This document shows positions 51,701 to 64,000 of a DNA stretch of 64,000 nt, piece by piece. Source of the stretch: Lytechinus pictus (Eukaryota); assembly GCF_037042905.1 (NCBI RefSeq), contig NC_087245.1, positions 21,578,001 to 21,642,000 on the forward strand, read 5' to 3'. Within the stretch, counting starts at the first letter, position 1. Every line of letters begins with the position of its first letter. Position numbers and translations under genes: made by a program. The notes under the pieces were generated by a model. It saw only the letters and a program-made list of their open reading frames with translations, made no database searches and was not told the DNA's origin.

Positions 51701-53942
51701 AAATGAAATTCTCTTCCACCGACTTCAGGAAATATTACCCAGCTTGAGCAATTCAAAGTGCAATTAAAAACCCACCTCTTTCAAAATGTTTTACTAAGTT
51801 AGGTTCAATCTATATACTTTAAGATTTTTTTATGTTTATAATATATATTTGATGTTTAATTTTTAAATCTACAATTCTAACCATATTTCCCACTTTCCTC
51901 ACGCATAGAGACCTGTTATGCGTCTATTAAAAACTGTACAATTATTATACAGGGTGTTATTTCTATTAAAAAAAAAGGTAACCGAAGTACAAAGGTCAGC
52001 TATATCAAGAATACATGATTTATTCCTGTGATTCCTTTTCTACATAATTGAGTAACTCATCAACGTTAATTTGACACCTTCACTGCGTCACAATTGTCAC
52101 GGGGAGTTATGGTCATTCGGAGGTGACAGCTACGTACAAAACCCACTTATTCCACTTTGGGGGGTTTTAATGTACAAGCACGAAACCAAATTCGTTGAAA
52201 GGTTTTGGTTTCATCAGAGATTTTCCCTGCAAATTTCAGTAAAATGCATATTATACCCTTCTTATATTTTTTTTCAGTAAATGTTACATAACTGGTGTAT
52301 AGCTGCAATAATGGCTCATCACATCCTCGGTGACTTGCAGGCACATGTTTTGCGTATAAGCGTAAGATAAATGTTCTTCATCACAACCCCGTAATGGTTA
52401 GAAGAGCAAATACAGGACATGCAACGTCAACTGTGAGGTTCTGTGAAAACATTGGATGTGTTGATGCAAAAGTTAGGGGTGAATGACGTGTTCAACAGAG
52501 ATTGAAGCTAGTCAGTTGATATGTAAATGCCAGAAACTCACAAAAAAGTTAACAGAGGGGATAGGATTTTACTTAAATTTTGAAGGGAAAAATATGATGA
52601 AACAAAAACCTTACAAAAAAGTAGGTTTCTTGCATGTACATTAAAACCCAAAACTTGGAAAAAGTGGATTTTTGTACCTTTCGCCTTCGATGGACCATAA
52701 CTCCCCGTGACAATTGTGACGCAAGGAAGGTGTCAAAATTAAGTCGATGAGTTACTCAATTATTTAGAATACCAATCTAAAAAATAAATTATGTATTCTT
52801 GATATAGCTGACCTTTGAACTTCGGTTACCTTTTTTTTATAGAAATAACACCCTGTATATATTTCATATCATTTTGCAACCCGTAGCCTGGTTGATCAAG
52901 CTCTTACCCACTTCGCTTACATTATAATCGTTTCAACAAATAAAAGGCGCATACCTATTTGCAATATCGTTCGTATAAAAACATAATTTGTTTTCATCTC
53001 ATTTCCTATATCATGTATAATTTAGCTTTTGTTTTCATCTTATTTCCTATATAATGTATACTATAGTTTATTCGTGGAAAAAAAAACATTTAAAGTATTT
53101 GGGAAAAAAAACACCGACGTTAGTCTATTTCTTTTCTAAAAGATAAATTTTTCTCATCTTAATAATCTACTTGATATCGCTTAACAAGACTGTACTTTCT
53201 TTGCTTCAAACCTCTTAACATCGGGACCAGTGGATAGGTTGTAAAATTAAATGTATCGTTAAAATAGAAAAGACGTTTGGTATGCCTTGATTACAGAATA
53301 ACATTTCTTATGGTGGCAACTTAGAAATTATGCTCGCTCGCTTCGCAGGCTCCCTCCACTGTCTATCAACGCTGGGCCACTGATATTCGCATTCAACAAC
53401 GTAAAACAATTATTAAAAAATCGATAATCAAGCCAAAAAAAATACTAACAAAAATGAAACACTGAATATGTGATAAATGATCTTTGATTTCCCCGCTTCC
53501 TCTGATCTTTCCTGCTTCACATTTTTGTTTGATCAACACGCCGCTGACTCTCATTTTACCTCGCAAACAATGGATAACCTGACGTCATAATTGTCATGAC
53601 TGGAAAGTATCAAAGTACATAAGCATGATAACATGCACCAAATATATTTTTTTTTATATAGTAAACAGACCATGTAACTAAATTCAGAATTTTCCCCGTT
53701 TCAAATAGTAGGGGATCGACACCAGCTTAGAGTAAACGGATGAATGAATTTATTCCCCAGCGGAGCAACATTTCGCGAATCACCCTTATTCTGTGACTGA
53801 ATATTCTTTACAATAAATTTAGATGTAGTAACTAAAATCCATCTTTTTTTTTTCGGGGGGGGGGGGGGGTAACAATTTAGTGTTGATGCCCAACTTTTAT
53901 GGCAGACACTATATATAGATATAGATATATATATACATATAC

Positions 53943-54006
<64 letters not shown>

Positions 54007-57000
54007 GTATATAGAGGGGATATATAGAGGGGAATATATACACACACATACATTGAATTCATTGAAGATGGATGGGTTGTAACGCTGTAACGCAGAGCCA
54101 TTTGAACAATCTGGAGCTAACGAAGTAAGTTTATTATTTTGCAAGCTTTGATATCATATAAATCAAAGTATATGACATGCATGAATCACACTTTGAACTC
54201 CTTGAAGAAATTCATTAACATGATAAAGAGCTTAATAAGATGTGGACCATTCACATCTCATGAAGCAGTAATTTGTCTTTAAATTTTAGTGTAAAATATT
54301 GATTTAAGAGATATTTTTGAATCGCTTTCTATAACTGAATATAACATTAATACCGATTATTTTCCTTTCCTCTGTATCTCTTTTACAAAGGCGTTAACTC
54401 CTGTTCTGTTCAAATGAGAGTAGACCTCCTCGAAAGAAGGATTGAGAGTCTGAAAAATGACTTGTCAAGGAAAAAAATGAAGATAGCCTTTTTCGGAGGG
54501 TGAGTGTGTACAGTAAGAACGAAATAATCCACGTTCATAAGATCTTTATAAGAGCTTCCCAATGCTGATCAGTGAACTTGCATATGTCCCATCAAGGCGT
54601 TGTCGACCTTGCCTGTCCTGATTAAAAACAAATAAATTTGACAAAGATGAATGTGTATCCAAGGGATGTACGCCTGAACTCCTTGAAAATAATTCAGAAT
54701 ACCCATCGGAGAATTTGGCAACCATCAAGAAGTTTCAGAGTATTTTTGTGCAAACGATTTTCTTACCTCTTGCCCCTCAAAAGAAAATTTTTCTCCAGAG
54801 AAATTGATGTTTCCAGAGAACTCATTTGCTCTGAGGTAATGAGAATTTGATGCAAGGATTTCAGTAGCGGTCTAACAATAATTAGTAAAATCACTGGGAT
54901 ATGCGAATATGTAATGCCAATTATTCCAGTTTTGTAAACCGGTACACACAATGATTTCCACTGCGAATCAGTCAAATTGAGCTGGCCCGATCAAGTACAT
55001 TTTCAGCCAGGTCTTCTCTGATCAAACGGGCCGTCTGCACCATCCCGAGTTTTCAAATTAGCGCGCTATTTCTGATCCGACAAATTATCCCGATCTGAAC
55101 AATCTCGAGGTTATTTGCAATGGTGACGCATTTATCGCGCTATAGTTCGTAGGATTAATCTCGAGATTGCAATCCCAATTCAACTTGGGATTATTTGCAA
55201 AATAGCGCGCCATTTTACGAATTATCGCGCTAATTCGTAGGTGCAGACGCACTCGGGATTATTTATTCACGGCGTCAGACCATAATGCATCGATGCCTCG
55301 CTCGAGCAGGAATCGCTCTTCTTGCGATGGTGGAGACGGGGTTTCTTGAATCTCGAGATTAATCGCGAAGAGGGCCGATCGATCGGGCTAAAATCTCGAG
55401 ATTGAGCAAACTCGGGATGGTGCAGCACCGCCTAAAGACAAATCGGAAGAGGGTAGCTACTTTACACGCGAATCGGATTATTAAAAAACTTGCCATGTTC
55501 CTGCTGTGGATCAGTCATCTCGACCAGCATTCAAACCAGTTTTTGACCAGATGGATTAGAAGCTCGGCAGTGTTGACCAGGGTCAATCTACCAGGATCAG
55601 CATCTATCTACCTTGATCTGCACACCACTCTGGTTTTTGTTCGATAATAGAAACCGAACATACAAAATTATCATGAACACTTTCAATATATTTGAGTAGG
55701 TAATCAAGGCATAGTAGATCACATCGGTCATGGAGTAGCTAGCTGCGATATTCCCATGATCATTTTCTCGTCAAAGGTAGATTGAACCTGATACTGTATC
55801 GAGCTAGACCGAATAGGTCCAACTTAATTGGGTTGATTGGGCCTAATCGCGTTGGCAGATTGGCAGTGGGAAGCTAGCATCCGTGATTCATTGATTCATA
55901 CCCTCACCAGCGTCTACATAGAATATTCATATATAGCCTGTAATTCAACCCCGTTTCAACATCAAATTGCTAACTTAGCGACCCTTTAGGCCAATATACG
56001 CCGCAGGCTGCAGTTCTGATCGATTTGATATAGGGTTCTTAAATCCTTATTTCTAAATCGTATTTCTGGGCCCCGTTGCAAAAAAAGAGTTGAGATTGAA
56101 TGCACCTTAAAAAAATCAAGCGCATGTCCGTAATACGAACTATTAATAAAATATTGATTGAAAATCAAATTGTGTATATATATTTTTTGTTAGTTACGTT
56201 TGATTACAAGTATTTCTGCAACGATTTCTTGGTGTCACATTATTCTTTTGGCAGTACGAGCAGCGGGAAGACCACAACTTTGAATGCCATGATTGGGCAA
56301 GAACTACTACCATCCGGGATGGGTGATACAACAAGTTGCTTTGTCCAGATCGAGAAGATGACCAACGATCCGATTTGTGAAAATAGCTCCATAGAAGTCT
56401 CGCCCGCTAAGGAACATACAGAGAGTTGCACGATTGAGAAAAGGAAAGACCAACCGGACGGATCGTATTTTATCGTCAGGGAGGTCGAGAACAGAGAAAA
56501 GGAAGCTTCGCTTGACTCCTTTTTGGAAAATATACAACCTCTCACGATAAATGTTCGTAATCTTATTTACTCCCATGATGCTCGCTCGTATCCTGTGCTC
56601 TTTTTATTCTATTATATATCTCTAGATTTTATCTTCCTGTCAATCAGTTGTTTGTCTCTACCCGTTTGCTCTTATTCATTTATCAACACACTTGGATCTA
56701 AAAATAAGACAATAGTAATAATGAAATATCCATTAAGAAAATACTAGTAAAATTCCGGCATTCTAAACACGAGCTCTCATCTATAGCGGCAATTGTGGCC
56801 CAGGGGATTAGTCTGCTGACTCTGAAACAGAGGGTCGTGGGTTTTAATCCCAGCCATGGCGTAATTTCCTTCTGCAACAAATTAATTCACATTGTGCTGC
56901 ACTCAACCCAGGTGAGGTAAATGGGAATCTATTTCTTGAAATGCTTCCGCGCTGAAAAAAAGGCTGCGGGGTCATGTTAACAATATCCAAGACCTTTGGA

Positions 57001-60000
57001 AGCGCATAGGGACGTCATGTCATGAACTGCATTGTTATTATTAATGATGATGTTATTAGAAATTATGAAGCAATAAAAAACCGTATAGACTAATAGGAAT
57101 TACGTAAATTTTAATAGCCTATAAACACATTTGTCTCTCATAGGCTCTTACAAAGTTATGTGATGTAAAATCAGGCAGCTCCTTGGATTCAACCTATCTG
57201 GTAGAAATACATCTTTCAGAAGATGACATTAAGAATGATCACTTGCTTAACTATGACCTACAAATTATGGATTGGTGAGTCGTCTTCAACTTTTAACCAC
57301 CGAAATTGTCTGTAGCTGCATGGTTTCTGTTATACTATGTAACAAATTATACATATGACACGTATGACGTCACAGGTAAGAAAATCTAATAACTTTCGTA
57401 ATCTATATTTTCTTCAGACCAATGTTTTTTACTATTATTTTCTGGTGTTTTTACAATAAACTTTTGTCAGGGTGAACTTCCCCTTAAACGCTTATTAATG
57501 CTTGTATTTGCTTATTCATCTACCACTGCCTACATTACATTGACGTATTGCTGGTTGGGGGGGGGGGGGGGTCACCCCAACAAAAAGTTTGAATAAAAAG
57601 TGCATAACGCTGAAATTTTCATCACTATCGGATATGAAAAAAAAATGTTATGACATTTTGATATTTTATTACTTTTTCTTTGAACATTTATATGCTTATG
57701 ACAATGATATGCAAATGAGAGAGTCGATGATGTCACTCATTCACTCATTTTCTTTGTATTTTATTGTTTAGATAATAAGAAAGTTCTTTATTGAACCACA
57801 ATATGTTGCATCTTTGGCAATTTTACGCTGTTTATTTCCATTGGTGACTGGTCTATACATGTATTTAACAGCATCACAATAATAATTTGGATTTTGTCTG
57901 AGGAATTTGCTACTCTTATTTTTCCCCCTTTCGAGTGCCTTCTTTAATAAAGAACATATGATCAAGAAGAATATAAATGTATTTCTATAAAGGAATGGAT
58001 ATAATAAATGGCCAGATACGAACGAATATTGCGAGTTCGAAGCACGAGCTGAAAATTTTACTACACTGACCTGAAAGAGGAACAGTTTAAAGATTTTTTG
58101 TATGGATTCATTAAGAAGATGTCTTTCATCAAAATGATTCGCCCGCGAAGCGCTAGCTGAAATTTGACGATATTCAAAACTTGAAAACGGAAACTTTTGT
58201 AATCACAAACAGGATATTTATCTCACTAAACAAATAACACGAGCGCATATACTGATCCGAAAAAGAAACGTTTCAAGCACTGTTTTACATGTAGGAAGCT
58301 TGTGAAGATGCTGTGTATCTCACTAAAAAAATAATGCGGATACGAAGCTCCACCAGAATCTCTTTTTTATACCTATATAAAATAGGAAATAGGAAAAATA
58401 GGAAACGTATCGCCCGAGAGAACTATATACCTACAAAATTGACAATTTTCCAACTCTATTTCATATCATGAATAAAAAGCGTATCGCCCTTAAGACAGGG
58501 CTAGTGTGAGCAAGAAGCGCGACCTGAAAACACTTGATATTCGGAGCCAAAATTGACATTCAAAGCTTGAGCCGATCCAATATTTCCCAATTTGGGGATT
58601 GGGATGGAATTTGGTTTCCTCAATCAGCTACTCGAAGAGCTATAAAGTCTTGTTTATTTGTTTTTCCGTTTGTTTTTCGAGAGGGGGGGGGGGGGGTGGG
58701 AATCCTAAAGACTAAAGTTAAAGCGTAAGTAAATGTTAGCTTTGCGTTTACAGGATAAAATATATTTCTTAGACCTAAATAAAGCGCGAAGCGCGAGCTG
58801 ACAACTATTGAGTACAGATTTGAAGTACAGTATCGGTATCTCACGAATAAAAAAGGTATCAGCGCAAAGAGGGAGCTGGAAATCCTATTTATATATGCTA
58901 ACACAAACCCGAAAATCATTAAGTGACATGAAAATTATGAAGAGATACCTTTGTCAGTAAATGAATAATGCGGGTGGAAAGCGCGAGCTGAAATTTTTGG
59001 AGATGAAGAAATTTAGAACTTAACATTTTACTCACATTTTGTAATCATTAGTGAAAAAAGGCTCATCTAACTATAAACACAAAGAGAAATTCTGAAACAC
59101 TGACATAGACTTTTGTTTTTGTTCCTAGGAAATCATCAACAGGATACATACTTCACAAATCAAATAATACGGGTGCGAAGCGCAGACAGATTTTTTTTTA
59201 TTCAGACCTGACAAGGAGCGTATTAAGCATTGCTTGAAATGTAGAAAAAATCATGCGGATATGTTGTAAAACAAACATGACAAACAAAAGAATTAACCGG
59301 AATACAAGGCTACTGAATATATTTCTTTTATGTTGAGGGCATGGCCTAGCTACAGTGCTCCCCGCCCCAATTTTTTTGTGGGGGACTTGTCGCCCTGTCC
59401 CCCTTGTCTGACGCCAAGAAAATAAAATTCAAACCCTGTTCATGATTTTTTAAAAATTCCTTCCAATTTTATCATTGTTATCATAATAATTATTGTTGTT
59501 ATCATTATCACGATCATTTTCATTTATATCATTATGATTATTGTTCTGGTTATTAGGATCATTGTTATTATCAGTATGATCAGTATGATTACTACGTTTT
59601 CCTGAAATCTTGGGTTATATATTTCGTGATTATCAAATAAAATTATCCTCTTTCCATTGTTCCTGTTTAACATTGCTTATCATTATGATCATGATTATGG
59701 AATACTAATGATTATGTTTGGTAAAAGGAAAAGTATTTGAGTTCCTCTTCTAATTTTCATTTCACATTCTTAATCTCAGTCCAGGAATCACAAAATGTCG
59801 AGAGCTCGGTGATAGAGTGAAAACCTTCTGCAAAGACTCAGATGTACATCTCTTCATTGTGAATCCAAAGACAGTCATGTCACCAGAGGTATTTTTAATG
59901 AATGTTTCTATAGTTGAATCAAGTTCAAAAAGCCCGTCAAGAGAAAATCAATGTGTAGCGACTGTATTCAAGCAGGTCATTGATCTATTTTCATTTGCCA

Positions 60001-60958
60001 CAGCTAAAAAAACATGAAAAAAGTTCCCAGATCGACGTACAACTTTTTACTAGGATCACATATCCCGTACAGAAGACATGATTTTTGGAGTGAACATTTA
60101 ACCGTTTGCCAATAACAACTGATTGGGGAAAAGATCCACAATAATAAATTCCTGTGCACTATTGATACTTAATTGAATCTTTTAATTTCATGATTAAAAA
60201 AATTATTGCATTGTATGATTTATTTTATTTAAGATTAAACGGTAGGATTCTCCAAATTACTCCTAACGTGATAAAAATGAGGAATCACTTATTTTGTGAA
60301 TGTGAAAACTTCAGGTTACCCCAATTCGGCAAAATCTGCATGGTATTATCATTTCCCATAATAGTTCTGTCAGAAATGTTACAAAATTTGAAAATCTTTT
60401 TGGAATTTGCAATTACAAGTCTGTTTTTTACTCATTTTTTGTTATTTAAGTATCACATTCATTCTTGAAAATTTCAGTAATACCATAATACCATCCCCAA
60501 AAATGTATTATTCAAAGCTTTGTTATAAAACAGAAGAATGTTGAATATTATTTAGCAAAAATAAGAAGAAAAGAAAAATAAGGTAAATGGTGTTTTGAAT
60601 TATAATTTCCCCCGCTGCCCTAAGTATAATTGTGCATATTTTGCTTGACAATGTACTGTTTGTTTACATATCTTACGCCTGTAGGTGTATTGCCACATGC
60701 ATTTATCATTGGTGTCAATGTATGTACTTGATTAATGGGATACGTATCATGTTCATTAATAGTTCATAGAATTTCCTGAATTTAGGCCTAAAAAAAAAAA
60801 AAAATCGGCAAGCGCTTCGTGCTAGCATTAGTTGACCGTGATGAGATAACGTACATGCATGCTTTTCACGAATTCCTAAAAAGAGTCTTAAATGTCTCCT
60901 TTTGATCAATACATACAATAATTTCAGCTCGATTTAAGCTCATGTTTTTAATCCATGA

Positions 60959-60989
<31 letters not shown>

Positions 60990-61522
60990 TGTAAAGAAAT
61001 GGATGAAGAGAACAATGGTAGGCGTAGCTTAAATCTAGGTTCCCCAGAGCTATATACCCTTTTGGAAAAATTGGTGATGCCGAAAAAATGTCTCTGCCGG
61101 GAATCGAAACCGGGCCCCCAGCTTTGAACGCCGGTGCCTTAACCACTAGACCACAGAGACGGGTTAGTGGCTAGGGCGACCCCGATCCGATTGACCGTCA
61201 GATAGACAGATTTTCGACACTAAACCAATTATAATTTCCTTTGTCGGGTGAAGGTGGGTTTTGAACAATGACAAGCCGCCATTCCTCAGCTGGATCAAAT
61301 GTATTGCTTTGATACAGTACACGTATGGGATAAAGTATACAAATGTGTGAAGTTATACATGTACATTTTCGGCATCACCACTTTTTCCAAAAGGGTAGAT
61401 TGCTCTGGGGAACCTTGATTTTTTTTAAAGCTACGCCTTCCATTGTTCTCTTCATCCATTTCTTTACTATATTTAAATAAAAGAGTTGCCAAAGCTGTTT
61501 TACATGAAGAACTTCACACATT

Positions 61523-61553
<31 letters not shown>

Positions 61554-63986
61554 ATTATGTTATATTATATTATATATTATATATATAAATTTGTGGAGGG
61601 GGTATGTAAATGTAGCATGGCTTTTTTTTTCTCATAATGTAGGAGCGAGAACATTTTGTTGAAGTAGGAAAACGCCTTTCTAAGCCTGACATCATTGTTG
61701 GTTTCACCCAATGGGATTTATCAGCGAGAGAAAGACACCCTGAAGAGGTTAGAACGTTTTCGTCAATTAATAGTTATCTCCTAACGACTGGTATCTACAT
61801 CGGTCCACACCAGAGAGGTGTTGAAACAACACCAGTTTGGCGTTAGGCTAACTCCAGTTTGGCATTCAAGCAACACCAATTAGTGTTAAACCAATATCGG
61901 TTTGATTCTTAACTGGTGTTGTTTCAACACCTCACTGGTGTGGACTGATATTAAACTAAAATGATATTAATAAAGACTTGTAAACAATTACATACACTGA
62001 ATTCTGAATTGTCAATTGTTGCCGAATTTCAAAATGTGAAAAGTGAAGAATGGAAATTTGTATTTTTGATTATTGAGCTGCATCTCTTCCATGTTGGCCA
62101 AGGTAGGGATTGTAAGATCATATCAGATTTATTTGAATAAGCTTTTGGACATCAGTCAGTAACTCTATCCACTGTTCCATACTAATCTCGGCCATGGAAT
62201 TGAAAGGTACTTTTGTAATTTGTCATTTTGTTTTGATTGGCTGCTGGTAATTTTACGTACAAAATTAATAGGAGGGACAAAATATAAACCTAATCTCAAA
62301 TATTAACGAAATATATTCTTTAGTTCACGTTGTCTTCTTTATGATAAGATAATCAATTTTAATCAAACAGTAAAGCTAAGTAAGCGTTGATTATGCATTT
62401 GTAAATAATTAATCATTAAGATTTTAATTCATTATCAAATCATCAGATGATATAAGATATTGTGATTGAGTGTCAGCGATAGCATCGTTATCGTGCTTAC
62501 AAAATTTGGGAACAAGTTTTTGAAATTGTATTTTTATCTTCATGATTAGTAATCTCAATAATTAGCCACACAGTTAATTGATGATATCGAGTATAATTAT
62601 TTCCAGTAAATAAACGATATGTCGTTGTGAATTTATTTCAGGTTAAAGCTCGCCATGTGGACTCAGTGTTTGAGTTGCTTAAAGAGCTCGATGTCGTAAG
62701 TACGAGAATGGAGGCGGAGGAAAGGTGTTTCTTTTACTCTGGAATAGAAGCACTTGATTTAGCTCTCAATGAAAAGGGTAAATTTAAAAGGAACTACAGT
62801 AGATCTAAAGAAAACACATAGGAAAGCTTTTAGAAGCTGTTACTATAATTAGAAATAATATAATTCATTTTTTTTCAATTCAATTCATTTATTTAACATC
62901 CTTTAAAAACATACAAACATATGTACAGTATACAATAACAAAGGAGTAAAATAATTTAAATCACATTACAAGCAATAAAAAATGGTAGAAATATAAAAGA
63001 AATGAAAATAAAATGTAGCAGATGTAGGAAGTCAGCTTCCTACATCCTAGCTTCCTAGCTTCATAAACGGCACAAATTTTCAGGAATTTAAGAATTCGAT
63101 TTCTAATTACCACGGACATTTTACAAGTCAAAAGGAAGGAAAAGTTATGGTGTTTATGTCACCAGATTGTTTACCCTCAAGTTCGTTTCAATCAAAGCTG
63201 ATAATTATTGAACAGTATATCGAAAATCCAACAAAGAGTATCAGAGATATGATTGTGTTTATTTCAGACGTCACATGCAGTCTAGCAGAAGTAAATGATA
63301 TTGAAAAGTGTTGGAAATAAGTTTGTACTTTTTCTACCTCTTTTTAGGATTCTTGGGAAGGGGATGGGAGGAGAGATTCAAGACATTCCAAAATTTCATG
63401 TCGAAAATTGAGGTAAGATATTACATATATATACTTGTCTGGATAATAAACTTAGAATCTTTATAAATATTCTTTCTTTTGACGCAGAATGGCAAGTAAT
63501 AGCACGAAGATAACCAAAGAGTCACTGAAGTACTGGTGAGGGTGGGGGCTGCTTGTCCCTCAAGTTAATATGTTCACAACGGTGACATTTTTTGGTAATC
63601 ATCAACCGATATTAAATCACTAACATGCTTTTTCAACATCATGAGCCCAAAACTCGGCCCACTGAAGTAATTTTCTCATTACGCTACTATTTTATCAAGC
63701 TATAAAAAGCAGAATATCATTATAAAATTATCAGGCGTTCTCTAGTGGGCCCCTAGACAACATAATATTTGTGATAAAACATATTTATGAATTAAGGTAT
63801 CTTTTTTTTCTTTATTTTTTTACTACCATGAAGCTTCTGTGTTTTTCTCTTACTCTTGGTTCAGGAGAGGGCGACTACTGCAGGAATAACTGCCAAACTC
63901 TCTATGAATCGTGAAAATTGCCAAGAAGTATTGGAACAATGCATCGAATGTCTCTCATTACTCGAAGGGAATGTACTTAGTAAGAT
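48728..63986 (+). CDS. Divergent mitofusin-like (Fzo/MFN family) dynamin-superfamily GTPase; first 9 coding exons (~406 aa), continues beyond the window
   Basis: Exons: 48728-48872 (MESSGG..LEKFARAKKEQQLLYDDTGDLI), 54391-54499 (LSRKKMKIAFFG), 56255-56552 (G1 GGTSSGKT; LPSGMGDTTSCF), 57144-57274 (LLNYDLQIMD), 59780-59888 (G3 DCPG; FCKDSDVHLFIVN), 61643-61747 (KRLSKPDI; G4 TQWD), 62642-62777 (ERCFFYSGIEAL), 63348-63412 (RFKTFQNFMSKIE), 63865-63986. All GT-AG. Intron phases 1,2,0,2,0,0,1,0,2 give one open frame and match the vertebrate MFN2 pattern as I recall it. Confidence 0.88.
49960..51948 (+). mobile_element. Old L2-like LINE broken into three pieces by later insertions
   Basis: Colinear ORF2 pieces: ~49980-50070 (VAGSIIQPVSKARDLGLIV), ~50755-51060 (LHKIGK..HNSAARL..EHITP/LHWLPIRSRI..FKCIHGFAP) and ~51605-51790 (GDRAFQKAAP..FKVQLKTHLF). 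3' stem and tail at ~51900-51948. Confidence 0.7.
50085..50412 (+). mobile_element. Helentron-associated (HINE/DINE-like) non-autonomous element fragment
   Basis: TGACCTTTGACCTT core, an internal duplicated ~45-bp unit (CTAAGTTATGA..AAGATTTC), a (GCC) microsatellite and a 3' hairpin TCTCGC..GCGAGA. Confidence 0.45.
51950..52855. mobile_element. Tc1/mariner-like non-autonomous element
   Basis: TA-CAGGGTGTTATTTCTAT ... ATAGAAATAACACCCTG-TA, with imperfect TIRs of ~170-200 bp. Confidence 0.85.
53910..54012. repeat. (TA)n microsatellite
   Basis: Read directly. Confidence 0.9.
55027..55433. mobile_element. Harbinger-like MITE
   Basis: Inverted termini CTGCACCATCCCGAGTTT / AAACTCGGGATGGTGCAG; internal AATCTCGAGATT palindromes. 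Confidence 0.6.
56785..57050 (+). mobile_element. tRNA-derived SINE
   Basis: A box TGGCCCAGGGG, B-box-like GGTTTTAATCCC, central TGTGCTGCACTCAACCCAGGTG..AAATGGG, LINE-like 3' AAGCGC..(TAT)n. Confidence 0.75.
60991..61467. mobile_element. Inverted-repeat element inserted in (TA)n, carrying a tRNA-like gene
   Basis: ~100-bp inverted arms 60991-61090 / 61364-61467 (GTAAAGAAATGGATGAAGAGAACAATGG..GGTGATGCCGAAAA; mirror peptides KEMDEENNGRRS in the ORF track), with (TA)n on both sides. Confidence 0.85.
61089..61160 (-). tRNA. tRNA-like gene with anticodon TCA (opal-suppressor-like; possibly pseudo)
   Basis: GTCTCTG TG GTCT AGTGGTTA AGGC A CCGGC GTTCAAA GCTGG GGGC CCGGT TTCGATT CCCGG CAGAGAC A, then TTTTTT. 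7/7 acceptor stem, D arm, 5-bp anticodon stem, 4-nt variable loop, T arm with one mismatch (T53:C61). Anticodon at 61125-61127. Confidence 0.6.
61797..61950. mobile_element. Short palindromic MITE
   Basis: ATCGGTCCACACCAGAGAGGTGTTGAAACAACACCAGTT / AACTGGTGTTGTTTCAACACCTCACTGGTGTGGACTGAT. Confidence 0.75.
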
Positions 63987-64000
63987 GTGAGTATTGTTGC

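Noticed and set aside
54068..54124. Possible extra small exon of the mitofusin-like gene (strong GTAAGT donor)
   Set aside because: Phase-1 entry gives a stop and other acceptors give an incompatible exit phase; exons 1 and 2 already join in frame.
61089..61160. Selenocysteine tRNA gene
   Set aside because: It has the UCA anticodon but only a 4-nt variable loop and an ordinary 7/5 acceptor/T stem, and no sequence resemblance to tRNA-Sec.
61265..61300. Possible SECIS (ATGA...GA) inside the inverted-repeat element
   Set aside because: No convincing helix II or apical AA motif.

Overview
AT-rich, intron-containing animal genomic DNA. It is most likely an echinoderm (sea urchin), inferred from the repeat landscape and gene content but not verified. 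Three host genes can be reconstructed by hand. (1) A complete PRMT2 on the minus strand (10 coding exons, 12109-30711, 441 aa; SH3 + type I arginine methyltransferase). (2) An intronless class A orphan GPCR (43348-44739). (3) The first nine coding exons of a strongly diverged mitofusin-like GTPase (+, 48728 to beyond the window end), with substitutions at residues known to be needed for GTP hydrolysis and G-domain dimerisation. The rest is dense with transposon material. A nested pile at 5934-11651 holds a gypsy LTR remnant with a tRNA-Ser PBS, invaded by a foldback element with a FLYWCH remnant that carries a dead hAT transposase and LINE pieces. There are also several LINE fragments (one with an uninterrupted 538-codon RT ORF), many MITEs with readable TIRs and TSDs, tRNA-derived SINEs, and an inverted-repeat element in (TA)n that carries a cloverleaf tRNA-like gene with a UCA (opal-reading) anticodon. 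No prokaryotic features or CRISPR arrays. All homology calls come from motif recognition and memory; no database search was run.
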